From Candidatus Methylomirabilia bacterium (GTDB lineage: Bacteria; Methylomirabilota; Methylomirabilia; Rokubacteriales; CSP1-6): a stretch of 14,760 nucleotides of DNA. Below the pieces are notes generated by a model. The model saw only the letters and a program-made list of their open reading frames with translations, had not been told where the DNA came from and ran no database searches. The stretch spans positions 1 to 14,760 of the forward strand of contig JBGQHJ010000124.1 of NCBI GenBank assembly GCA_041497895.1, read 5' to 3'. This document shows positions 1 to 8,471 of this stretch, one piece after another. The translations under genes and the position numbers were made by a program. Position 1 is the first letter of the stretch, and the number at the start of each line of letters is the position of its first letter.

Positions 1-573
1 CGCGTGCGGCGCGAGGAAGCCGCGGTGGCGCCGCTCTGGGCCACCCGCGCGCCGGTGATCTACGCGGTCTGGCACGGCCGCATCCTGCTGCTCCCCCACC
101 TCTACGGCCGCCGCGGCTGCCACGTGCTCGCGAGCCGCTCGCGCGACGGCGAGGTGGTCGCGCGCTGGATCGCCCGCTTCGGCCTCCTCCCGGTGCGCGG
201 CTCCTCCTCGCGGGGCGGGGGCGAGGCGCTCCGGCGGCTCGCGCGCGCGCTCCGGAGCGGCGGCGAGGTGGTGGTCGTGCCGGACGGGCCGACCGGCCCG
301 CGCGAGGACCTCAAGCCCGGCGTGATCGCGCTGGCGCACCTCACCGGCGCCCCGATCGTGCCGGTGGCGCTGGGCGCGTCGCGGGACTGGCGCCTGCGAT
401 CCTGGGACGAGTTCCGCATCCCGAAGCCGTTCGCCCGCTGCGTGATGCGCTTCGGCGAGCCCATCCGGGTACCGCCCGACGCCGACCGCGCCGCGCTCGA
501 GGCCGCACGCAAGGACGTGGAGGCCGCGCTCCGCACCGTGACCTGGCAGGTGGACGAGGAGGCACGCGCCTGA
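1..573 (+). CDS. DUF374 / lysophospholipid acyltransferase family protein, candidate LpxJ-like lipid A late acyltransferase (5'-truncated by window edge)
   Basis: Frame is open from base 1 to TGA at 571-573. Motifs WHGR, SRSRDGE, RGSS, PDGPxGP and SWDxFxIPxPF are typical of DUF374 proteins. The stop overlaps the waaA ATG (TGATG). Confidence 0.8.
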   Translation, partial: RVRREEAAVAPLWATRAPVIYAVWHGRILLLPHLYGRRGCHVLASRSRDGEVVARWIARFGLLPVRGSSSRGGGEALRRLARALRSGGEVVVVPDGPTGPREDLKPGVIALAHLTGAPIVPVALGASRDWRLRSWDEFRIPKPFARCVMRFGEPIRVPPDADRAALEAARKDVEAALRTVTWQVDEEARA

Positions 574-1856
574 TGTACGCGCTCTACTCCGCCGTCCTCG
601 GGATGGGACTGCTCGCGTACCTGCCCGCCTTCCTGACCCGCCGCCGCCGCGCCGGCTACGGCCACGATCTGGCGCAGCGCTTCGGTCGGCTCGGCGACGG
701 GCTGCCCGCCGAGCCCCGCTGCTGGGTCCACGCGGTGTCGGTGGGGGAGTCGGCCGCGGCGGTGCCCCTGGTCGAGGCCATCCACCGGCGCTGGCCGGAG
801 CTCGGCATCGTGGTCAGCACGATCACCCCGACCGGCGCCCGGATCGTGGCCGACCGGCTCGCGGGCACCGCGGTGCACCGCTACTTCCCGCTCGACCTGC
901 CCGGCCCGGTGCGCCGCGCCCTGGAAGCGGCGCGGCCCCACTTCTTCATCGCGATCGAGACCGAGCTCTGGCCCAACTTCCTGCGCGGCCTCGCGCGCCG
1001 GCGCACCCCGGCCATGATCGCCAACGGCCGCATCTCCGACCGCTCCTTCCGCCGCTACCTCCGGGTCCGCTGGCTCATGCGGCGCGTGCTCGCCGACGTG
1101 TCGGTGTTCGCGATGCAGAGCGAGGAGGACGCCCGCCGCATCGTGGCCCTGGGCGCGCCGGCCGAGCGGGTGGTGGTCACCGGCAACCTCAAGAGCGATC
1201 TCGTCCCCGAGGCGGCCGCGCCCGACACGGTCTGGCGCGAGCGGCTCGGCCTCCGCGCGACCGACCGGCTCTGGATCGCGGGGAGCACGCACCGGGGCGA
1301 GGAGGCGATCGTCCTCGACGCGTTCCTGCGGGTCCGCGCGCGCTGCCCCGACCTCGCCCTCCTGCTGGCGCCGCGGCACCCGGAGCGCGCCGGCGAGGTC
1401 GAGGACCTGGTCCGCGAGCGCGGCCTCGCTCCCGCCCGCCGGAGCCGGCTGCCGGAAGGGCGCGGGCCCGGGGCGGTCGTGATCCTCGACACCGTCGGGG
1501 AGCTCGCCGCGCTCTACGCGCTGGCCGAGGTCGTGTTCGTGGGCGGGAGCCTGGTCCCGGTGGGGGGCCACAACGTGCTCGAGCCCGCGATGCGGGGCAA
1601 GCCGGTGCTGTACGGCCCGCACACGAGCAACTTCCGGGAGGGCGCCCGGCTGCTGGAGCGGAGCGGGGGAGGCCTCGTGGTCAGGGACGCGCTCGAGCTC
1701 GAGCGCGAGCTCTCGCGCCTGCTGGAGGACGAGGACCTCACCCGGCGTACGGGCGACGCGGCACGCGCGGCCTTCGCGGGCCGGCAGGGCGCGGTGAGCG
1801 CCACCCTCGACCTGATCGCCCGTCACCTCTGGCGCGGGCCGGCAGCGGGGCCGTGA
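573..1856 (+). CDS. waaA: 3-deoxy-D-manno-octulosonic acid (Kdo) transferase, GT30
   Basis: 427 aa with an N-terminal hydrophobic anchor and motifs WVHAVSVGE, ETELWPN, NGRISDRS, TGNLK, GSTHxGEE, PRHPER, DTVGEL, GGHNVLEPA. Confidence 0.96.
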   Translation: MYALYSAVLGMGLLAYLPAFLTRRRRAGYGHDLAQRFGRLGDGLPAEPRCWVHAVSVGESAAAVPLVEAIHRRWPELGIVVSTITPTGARIVADRLAGTAVHRYFPLDLPGPVRRALEAARPHFFIAIETELWPNFLRGLARRRTPAMIANGRISDRSFRRYLRVRWLMRRVLADVSVFAMQSEEDARRIVALGAPAERVVVTGNLKSDLVPEAAAPDTVWRERLGLRATDRLWIAGSTHRGEEAIVLDAFLRVRARCPDLALLLAPRHPERAGEVEDLVRERGLAPARRSRLPEGRGPGAVVILDTVGELAALYALAEVVFVGGSLVPVGGHNVLEPAMRGKPVLYGPHTSNFREGARLLERSGGGLVVRDALELERELSRLLEDEDLTRRTGDAARAAFAGRQGAVSATLDLIARHLWRGPAAGP

Positions 1857-2977
1857 CCACGCCGCGACGGGCGCCCGAGGTCCTGCTCCGCCGCTACTGG
1901 GAGGACCCCGACACGCCGGTGGTGACGGCCGGGCTCTCCGCGCTCAGCTGGGCCTACCGCGGCGCGCTCGCGGTCCGCGACCGCGCGTACTGCTGGGGCG
2001 TGCTGCGCACCGGGCGGCTGCCGTGCCCGGTGGTCTCGGTCGGCAACCTGACCCTGGGCGGGAGCGGCAAGACCCCAACGGTGGAGCTCGCGGTGCGGAC
2101 CCTGCTCGACATGGGCGCGGTCCCCGCGGTGCTGAGCCGCGGCTACGGCCGCGTCACGCGCGGCGTGCACGTGGTCGCCGATCGCGAGGGGATCCGCGCC
2201 GAGCCGCGCGCCGCGGGTGACGAGCCCCTGCTGCTCGCCGAGCGTCTGCCCGGCGTGCCGGTGGTGGTGGGCGAGAACCGCTACGAGGCCGGCCGGGTCG
2301 CGGTCGAGCGCTGCGGCGCCACCGCGCTGGTGCTGGACGACGGCTTCCAGCACCGCACGCTGGCCAAGGACCTCGAGATCGTGGTCGTCCCGGGCCGCGC
2401 GCCCTGGGGCAACGCGCGCGTCTTCCCGCGCGGCATGCTGCGCGAGCCGCTCTCCGGGCTCGCGCGCGCCCACGTCGTGGTGGTCACCAACCCGCCGGCT
2501 CCGGAGACGGTCGCTGAGGTCACCGCCACGGTGCGCCGTCACAACGCGGCTGCGGCGGTCCTGGCCGCGCGCTACCAGCTGCAGGACGCGATCGAGCCGC
2601 TGCGGAGCCGCCGGGTGCCGGTGGCGGAGCTGGCCGGTCGCCGCCTGCTCGCCTTCGCGGGTCTCGGCTCGCCCCAGGGCTTCGCCGACACCCTCGACGG
2701 CATGGGAATCCGGCGGGTGGGCTTCGCCGAGTTCCCGGACCATCACTGGTTCACCCCGGGCGATCTCGCGGAGCTCGCGCGCGACGCGTGCGCCGCCGGG
2801 GCCCAGGGGCTGGTCACGACCGAGAAGGACTGGGTGCGCGTGCGCGACCTGCCGCCGCCTCCGCTTCCGCTCTGGGTCTTGCCGGTCCGGCTCGTCATCG
2901 AGTCGGGGCTCGAGACGTGGCAGCGGCTCCTCGCCGCGGTCCTGGGCCACGCCCCGCTCGGGAGACCGTGCTCGTGA
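1853..2977 (+). CDS. lpxK: Tetraacyldisaccharide (lipid A) 4'-kinase
   Basis: VGNLTLGGSGKTP P-loop, LSRGYG, GDEP, LDDGFQH, PRGMLRE, FPDHH, TTEKD. GTG start overlaps the waaA stop (GTGA). Confidence 0.96.
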   Translation: MTTPRRAPEVLLRRYWEDPDTPVVTAGLSALSWAYRGALAVRDRAYCWGVLRTGRLPCPVVSVGNLTLGGSGKTPTVELAVRTLLDMGAVPAVLSRGYGRVTRGVHVVADREGIRAEPRAAGDEPLLLAERLPGVPVVVGENRYEAGRVAVERCGATALVLDDGFQHRTLAKDLEIVVVPGRAPWGNARVFPRGMLREPLSGLARAHVVVVTNPPAPETVAEVTATVRRHNAAAAVLAARYQLQDAIEPLRSRRVPVAELAGRRLLAFAGLGSPQGFADTLDGMGIRRVGFAEFPDHHWFTPGDLAELARDACAAGAQGLVTTEKDWVRVRDLPPPPLPLWVLPVRLVIESGLETWQRLLAAVLGHAPLGRPCS

Positions 2978-3993
2978 GTGGACCCGGTCTCGACCCGCGC
3001 ACCGAGCACATCGTCGTCCGGACCCCGAACTGGCTCGGCGACACCGTGATGGCGCTCCCGATGCTGGCCGCCCTCCGCCGGGCGTCAGGCCCGGCGCGAA
3101 TCACCCTGATCGGGCGCTGGGCCCCGCTGCTGGCCGGGCAGGGGGTCGGGGACGTGCTCCTCGGATACCCGCGCCCCTTCGCCGCGCGGCGCCGCCTTGC
3201 GCGGGCGCTGGCCGCCGACCGGCCGGACGTGGTGCTCCTGCTACCGAGCTCGCTCGAGTCCGCGCTCGCGGCCGCGCGCTGGCGCGCGCGGCGCCGCGTG
3301 GGCTACGCCACCGACGGGCGGAGCGTGCTGCTCACCGACGCGATGGCGCTTCCGGCGCCGCGCCAGCACCAGGTCGACGAGTACGCGGCCCTGCTCTCGC
3401 TGCTGGGCGTGGACGGCGCCGGCGCCGCACCGGAGTGGAAGCTGCCGGAAAGCCCGGCCGCGGACGCGGAGGTCGACGGTCTCCTCGCGGGCGCCGGGCT
3501 CGACGCGACCGCTTCGCTCGTGGGCCTGCACCTGGGCGCGGCCTTCGGCAGCTCGAAGCTCTGGCCCCCGGAAGCCTTCGGCCGCCTCGCCCGGGAGCTC
3601 GCATCGAGCGGGCTATGCCCGGTGCTCCTCGGCACCGGCGAGGACGCGGCCACCGCCGCGACGGTGGCGCGCGCGGCCGGGACGCCGCTGGCCTCGCTCG
3701 TGGGTCGGGACCGGCCCGCGATCCTGGCCCGCCTCCTCGCGCGCCTGCGCTGCCTGGTCAGCGGAGACACCGGGGTCGCGCACCTGGCCGCGGCGGTCGG
3801 AGTGGCCACCGTGACGCTCTTCGGCCCGACGGACCGGCGGCTCACCGCGCCGCGCGGGCGCGGGGCGCGATCGCTCGCCCGGGCGGTGCCGTGCGCGCCG
3901 TGCTTCCTGCCCACGTGTCCCATCGATCACGTCTGCCTGACGCGGCTCGATCCGGAGGCGGTGCTGCGCGAGGTGAGGCTCGCGGTCGCGTGA
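2974..3993 (+). CDS. waaF: ADP-heptose:LPS heptosyltransferase II, GT9
   Basis: PNWLGDTVMA, HQV, LGAAFGSSKLWP, SGDTGVAHLAAA, LFGPT and C-terminal CAPCFLPTCPIDHVC. Start reassigned from 2788 to the GTG at 2974, which overlaps the lpxK stop and follows GGAG at 2961-2964. Confidence 0.88.
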   Translation: MSGPGLDPRTEHIVVRTPNWLGDTVMALPMLAALRRASGPARITLIGRWAPLLAGQGVGDVLLGYPRPFAARRRLARALAADRPDVVLLLPSSLESALAAARWRARRRVGYATDGRSVLLTDAMALPAPRQHQVDEYAALLSLLGVDGAGAAPEWKLPESPAADAEVDGLLAGAGLDATASLVGLHLGAAFGSSKLWPPEAFGRLARELASSGLCPVLLGTGEDAATAATVARAAGTPLASLVGRDRPAILARLLARLRCLVSGDTGVAHLAAAVGVATVTLFGPTDRRLTAPRGRGARSLARAVPCAPCFLPTCPIDHVCLTRLDPEAVLREVRLAVA

Positions 3994-5069
3994 ACACCGT
4001 CCTGCACACGGAGGCCTCGCCGGGACTCGGAGGCCAGGAGGTGCGCACGCTCAACGAGGCCCGCTGGACGGCCGAGCGCGGCTGGCGCGTCCTGCTCGCC
4101 TGCCAGCCGGACGGCCGCCTGCTCGAGCGCGCGCGCGAGGCCGGGGTCGAAGCGGTGCCGATCCGCATGCGAGGCCCGCTCGACCCGCGCGGGGTCGCGG
4201 CCCTCGTCGGCCTCATCCGCCGCGAGCGCGTCAGCCTGGTGCACACCCACAGCTCGATCGACGCGTGGCTCGGCGGCATGGCCGCACGCCTCTGCCGAGT
4301 GCCGGTGGTGCGCACGCGTCATGTCTCGATCGCGATCCGGCGGGGCCCCAATCCGGTCTACCGCTGGCTCGCGGACCGGGTCATCACGAGCGGCGAGGCG
4401 ATCCGTCGGGTGGTGATCGCCGCGGGGGTGGCGCCCACGCGCGTGACCGCGATCCCGGCCGGGGTGAACCTCGAGTCCTTCCCGTTCGGCCGCCGCGCTC
4501 CGGAGACCGCGCGCGAGCTCGGCCTGGGCTCGCCGGTCATCGGGTCGGTCGCGATGTTCCGCGGCTCGAAGGGCCACCCCCAGCTCCTGCAGGCCTTCGC
4601 CCGCGTGCGCGAGAAGCGCCCCTGCGCCTCGCTCCTGCTGGTCGGCGACGGCATCCGGCGCGCCTGGGTGGAGCAATTGGCCCGGGAGGCGGGCCTCTCG
4701 GAGGCCGTAGTCTTCACTGGCTTCCGCCCCGACGTGCCCGCGCTGCTCGGGACCATGGACTGCTTCGTCCTCGCCTCGACGCGCACCGAGGGCGTCCCGC
4801 AGGCGCTGCTCCAGGCCTTCGCGACCGGCGTGCCGGTGGTGGCGAGCCGTATCGGCGGGATCCCGGAGGTGGTCACGGACGAGGAGACCGGGCTGCTCGT
4901 CGAGAGCGAATCGGTCCCCGCCCTGGCCGCGGCGATCGAGCGCGTGCTCGACGACCCGGCCGCGGCGTCCCGGCGCGCGCGCGCCGCGCGGGCCCTCGTG
5001 GAGGAGCGCTTCTCGCACGAGAGCGCGGTGGGCCGTCTCCTCCAGCTCTACGCCGAGCTGCTCGCATGA
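3990..5069 (+). CDS. GT4 glycosyltransferase (LPS core), paralogue 1
   Basis: C-terminal part of the 2217..5069 ORF. GTG 3990 overlaps the waaF stop. Motifs LHTEASPGLGGQE, HTHSSIDAW, VVRTRH, KGH, TGFRxDV, EGVPQALLQA, GGIPEVV. Confidence 0.9.
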   Translation: MNTVLHTEASPGLGGQEVRTLNEARWTAERGWRVLLACQPDGRLLERAREAGVEAVPIRMRGPLDPRGVAALVGLIRRERVSLVHTHSSIDAWLGGMAARLCRVPVVRTRHVSIAIRRGPNPVYRWLADRVITSGEAIRRVVIAAGVAPTRVTAIPAGVNLESFPFGRRAPETARELGLGSPVIGSVAMFRGSKGHPQLLQAFARVREKRPCASLLLVGDGIRRAWVEQLAREAGLSEAVVFTGFRPDVPALLGTMDCFVLASTRTEGVPQALLQAFATGVPVVASRIGGIPEVVTDEETGLLVESESVPALAAAIERVLDDPAAASRRARAARALVEERFSHESAVGRLLQLYAELLA

Positions 5070-6190
5070 GCGAGGAGCCGCTCACCGTTCTCCACCTGGT
5101 GGCCAATCGCTGGTGGACCGGCAGCGCGGAGCCGGTCATCCGGCTCTCGACCGGCCTCCGCGCGCGCGGCCACCGCGTGCTGCTCGGGCTCATCGCGGGC
5201 GATCGCTTCGAGCAGAAGGCGCGCGAGGCGGGCCTCGAGCTCCTGCCGGGCCTCTCGCTCGAGGTGCGTGGCAATCCGCTCCACGCGCTCGCGGACCTGC
5301 GCCGCGTGCGCCAGGCGGTGCGGGCCGAGGCGGTCGACGTGGTGCACGTGCATCACTCGCACGACCACTGGCTCGGCTGGCTCGGCCGCGGGCGGGCCGG
5401 GCTCGTCCGCACCTTCCACAACGCGCGGGCGGTGCGGCTCTCGTGGCCCTCGCCGTGGCTCTACCGTCGCACCGACGCGCTCATCGCGGTGAGCCGTGAG
5501 ATCGAGGAGCGCGGCCGCCGGGCCGGGATCCCGGCTTCGCTCCTGGAGCGGGTCGACGGGGTCGTGGACCTCGAGCGCTTCGCGGAGGGCGACGGCGCCG
5601 CGATCCGCAAGGAGTTCGACCTCGGGAGCGCGCCGGTCGTCGGCTGCGTGGCCCGCCTGGCGCCCCGTCGCGGGCACGAGCTCCTGATCCGCGGCTTCCA
5701 GCGGCTGCTCCCCGAGTACCCGCAGGCGCGGCTCCTGCTCGTCGGCAAGGGCGAGGCCCGCGCCCGCCTCGAGGCGTTCGTCGCCGAGCTCGGCCTGGCG
5801 CGCGAGGTCCTGTTCGCGGGCTACCGGGACGCGGACCTGCCCGGCGTGCTGCAGGCCCTCGACGCGTTCGCCCTGATGGGCGCGGGCTCCGACGAGTCCT
5901 GTCGTGCCGCCCTGGAGGCGATGGCGGCCGGCCGGCCGGTGGTGGGCCGTCGCGTGGGCGCGCTGCCCGAGACCGTCGTGCACGGCGTCACCGGGCTCCT
6001 GGTCGACGACGACCGCCCGGAGTCGGTGGCGTCGGCCCTGCGCGCGCTGGTGGCCGAGCCGGAGCGGGCCGCGGCGATGGGCCGCGCCGGGCGCGAGCGC
6101 GCCCGGGCGCTCTTCGGGCCGGACGCCCACGCGGCCCAGGTCGAGGCCATCTACCGAGCGGTCGTGCGCCGGCGCGAGCGCGACCGGTGA
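5066..6190 (+). CDS. GT4 glycosyltransferase (LPS core), paralogue 2
   Basis: C-terminal part of the 4265..6190 ORF. ATG 5066 overlaps the previous stop (ATGA). Motifs HVHHSHDHW, LVRTFH, VARLAPRRGH, AGYR, DESCRAALEAMAAGRPVV, GALPETV. Confidence 0.9.
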   Translation: MSEEPLTVLHLVANRWWTGSAEPVIRLSTGLRARGHRVLLGLIAGDRFEQKAREAGLELLPGLSLEVRGNPLHALADLRRVRQAVRAEAVDVVHVHHSHDHWLGWLGRGRAGLVRTFHNARAVRLSWPSPWLYRRTDALIAVSREIEERGRRAGIPASLLERVDGVVDLERFAEGDGAAIRKEFDLGSAPVVGCVARLAPRRGHELLIRGFQRLLPEYPQARLLLVGKGEARARLEAFVAELGLAREVLFAGYRDADLPGVLQALDAFALMGAGSDESCRAALEAMAAGRPVVGRRVGALPETVVHGVTGLLVDDDRPESVASALRALVAEPERAAAMGRAGRERARALFGPDAHAAQVEAIYRAVVRRRERDR

Positions 6191-7329
6191 CGATCCTCCA
6201 GATCGTGTCGTGCCGCGGCTGGTCCTCCGACGCCTACTGGGCGGCGCGCGCCACCGTCGAGCTCGAGCGGGCCGGCCACCACGTCACGCTCGTGTGCAAG
6301 CGCCGCAGCGAGGCGCGCGTGATCCGGCGTGCGCGGGAGTCGGGCGTGAACCGGATCGAGACCCTCACCCTCACGAGCGGCGTCGGCCCCCTGGCCGACG
6401 GCCTCGACCTGCGCCGGCTGGTGTCCTGGCTGCCCGAGACGCAGGTCCTCCACGTCCACCGGAGCAAGGAGCACTGGCTGGCCGCGCTCGCGAACCGGGC
6501 GTCGTACCTGCGCCGGCCGCTCGTGCGCACGCGGCACATCGTGCAGCCGGTGCGGCCGCACGCGCTCAACCGCTGGCTCTACGGTTGCGCCACCGACCGG
6601 ATCGTCACCGTCACCGAGGCCATCCGTCGCCAGCTGGTGGCCGGCGGTCTCGCGACCGCGGATCGCGTGGTGACGATGCCGGGGGGCGTGGACGTCGACC
6701 GGTTCCGCCCGGACGCCCTGCCGGTGCGCGAGAGCGGGATCCGGGCCACGCTGGGTTTGCCGCGCGACGTGCCGATCATCGGCCTCGTCTCCGGCTTCCG
6801 GATGATGAAGGGTCAGGAGACCGTGGTCGAGGCGGCGGCACGGCTGGCCGCCGAGGGGCGCCGCTTTCATGTGCTCCTGATCGGGGAGGGGCCCTTCGCC
6901 GCGCGGGTGCGCGCCCAGGTCGAGGCGGCCGGGCTCCGCGATCGCATCTCGATCCTCGGCTTCGTCGCCGATCTGCCGGCCACGATGGCCGCGCTCGACA
7001 TCGCGCTCTACGCCGCGCTCGAGTCGGACGGCATGTCGCGCGTGCTCTTCGAGTACCTGGCCTCGGGCGTGCCGGTGGTGGCCAGTCGCGTGGGCGTGGT
7101 GCCCGAGATCCTGGAGGACGGGCGTACCGCGATGCTGGTCCCGGCGGGCGAGCCGGGGCCCCTGGCCGAGGCGGTCGCCCGCCTGATGGACGACCCGGCC
7201 CGCCGCGGCGAGATCGGCTCGGCGGGCGCCGCGCTGGTCCACGCGCGATACTCGGGCACCCGGCTCGCCGAGCGCCTCACCGCGCTGTACCTGTCGCTCG
7301 CGGACACCTCGCCCCGGCCGGCGTCGTGA
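6187..7329 (+). CDS. GT4 glycosyltransferase (LPS core), paralogue 3
   Basis: 380 aa with GTGA overlap. Motifs HVHRSKEHW, LVRTRH, GVDVDRF, KGQ, LGFVADL, DGMSRVLFEYLASGVPVVASRVG. Confidence 0.9.
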   Translation: MTILQIVSCRGWSSDAYWAARATVELERAGHHVTLVCKRRSEARVIRRARESGVNRIETLTLTSGVGPLADGLDLRRLVSWLPETQVLHVHRSKEHWLAALANRASYLRRPLVRTRHIVQPVRPHALNRWLYGCATDRIVTVTEAIRRQLVAGGLATADRVVTMPGGVDVDRFRPDALPVRESGIRATLGLPRDVPIIGLVSGFRMMKGQETVVEAAARLAAEGRRFHVLLIGEGPFAARVRAQVEAAGLRDRISILGFVADLPATMAALDIALYAALESDGMSRVLFEYLASGVPVVASRVGVVPEILEDGRTAMLVPAGEPGPLAEAVARLMDDPARRGEIGSAGAALVHARYSGTRLAERLTALYLSLADTSPRPAS

Positions 7330-8471
7330 AGACCTCGGTCCTGTGCTTCGACGTGTCCGACAACGCGATCGGGCGCGCCTGGCTGCTGGCCCGCCTGCTC
7401 GAGCCGCTCGGGGCGGTGGAGATCGTGGGCCCGCGCTTCGGCTCCGCGGTCTGGGAGCCACTGGCCGAGGAGCCGATCCCGGTCCGCTCGCTCCCCGGCG
7501 GACGGCTGCCGGCCTTCGCCGCCCGGCTGCCGGGTCTCGCGCGCCTCGCCGACGGCGATCTGCTGTACGCTTCCAAGCCGCGGCTCACGAGCGCCGGCAT
7601 CGGCTACCTGGCCCGGCTCGCCGGGCATCGACCGCTGCTCCTCGACATCGACGACTGGGAGGTGGGCTTCTTCCTGCGCGGCGGGCCCTGGGGGACATTC
7701 GGTCGTGCGCTGAATCTATCGAATCCCACGGGCCTTACATGGACGTGGTTGATGGAGCGCTTGAGGGGACTGGCGGACGGGATCACGGTCGCCTCGCGCT
7801 TTCTCGAGCGGCGATTCGGGGGGGTGCTCATCCCCCACGTGCGCGACACGGATCGCTGGGCCCCCGGCCGGATCGATCCCCAGCCGGCCCGCGAGAGGCT
7901 GGGCGTGGACAAGGAGCGGGTGGTCATGTTCCTCGGCACGCCCCGCGCCTACAAGGGCGTTCTCGACCTGGCCGCGGCGGTGGGCGGACTCGGCCGCCCC
8001 GACGTGGTGCTGGCCCTGGTCGGCACCGACCCGGCCTCGGACACGGGACGGGCGGTGGCGGCTCACCACCCGGCCACACGGTTCGTCGGCCGTGTTCCCA
8101 TCGCGCAGGTCCCGGCCTACCTCGGCGCGGCGGACGTGGTGGTGGTCCCGCAGCGCGACAGCAGCGACACGCGCGGACAGGTCCCGGCCAAGCTGTTCGA
8201 CGCGATGGCCCTCGGCCGCCCGGTGGTCTCGACGCGCGTGTCGATGATCCCGGAGATCCTCGAGGGCTGCGGGCTCCTCGTCGAGCCCGGCGACGTGGCC
8301 GGCCTCGGCGCGGCGATCGCGCGCCTGCTCGATCGACCCGAGGAGGCGCGCGCCCTCGGGGAGGCGGCCCGCCGTCGCGCGGTGGAGCGCTACAGCTTCG
8401 AGGCGGCGCGCCGCGCGCTGTTCCCGCTCGTGGAGCGCGTCCGCGCGCGACGGGCGCGGGCCGGCCGATGA
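7326..8471 (+). CDS. GT4 glycosyltransferase (apparently a different subfamily from paralogues 1-3)
   Basis: C-terminal part of the 5904..8471 ORF. GTG 7326 overlaps the previous stop. Motifs LDIDDWE, FLGTPRAYKG, ADVVVVPQ, QVPAKLFDAMALGRPVV, GLLVEPGD. Confidence 0.88.
   Translation: MKTSVLCFDVSDNAIGRAWLLARLLEPLGAVEIVGPRFGSAVWEPLAEEPIPVRSLPGGRLPAFAARLPGLARLADGDLLYASKPRLTSAGIGYLARLAGHRPLLLDIDDWEVGFFLRGGPWGTFGRALNLSNPTGLTWTWLMERLRGLADGITVASRFLERRFGGVLIPHVRDTDRWAPGRIDPQPARERLGVDKERVVMFLGTPRAYKGVLDLAAAVGGLGRPDVVLALVGTDPASDTGRAVAAHHPATRFVGRVPIAQVPAYLGAADVVVVPQRDSSDTRGQVPAKLFDAMALGRPVVSTRVSMIPEILEGCGLLVEPGDVAGLGAAIARLLDRPEEARALGEAARRRAVERYSFEAARRALFPLVERVRARRARAGR

Noticed and set aside
102..1826. 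Long minus-strand ORFs (e.g. 102-1826, 1823-2950, 3927-5018, 5048-6130, 6151-7461, 10117-11352, 13287-14585)
   Set aside because: They shadow well-supported plus-strand genes and have no recognisable motifs. Stop-poor antisense frames are expected at this GC level.
2217..3989. Apparent large N-terminal extensions or fusions in the ORF track (950, 641, 855, 740, 471 and 401 aa ORFs)
   Set aside because: The extensions are Arg/Pro/Ala-rich off-frame read-throughs of the upstream gene. Each real protein starts at an (A/G)TGA overlap where family motifs begin.
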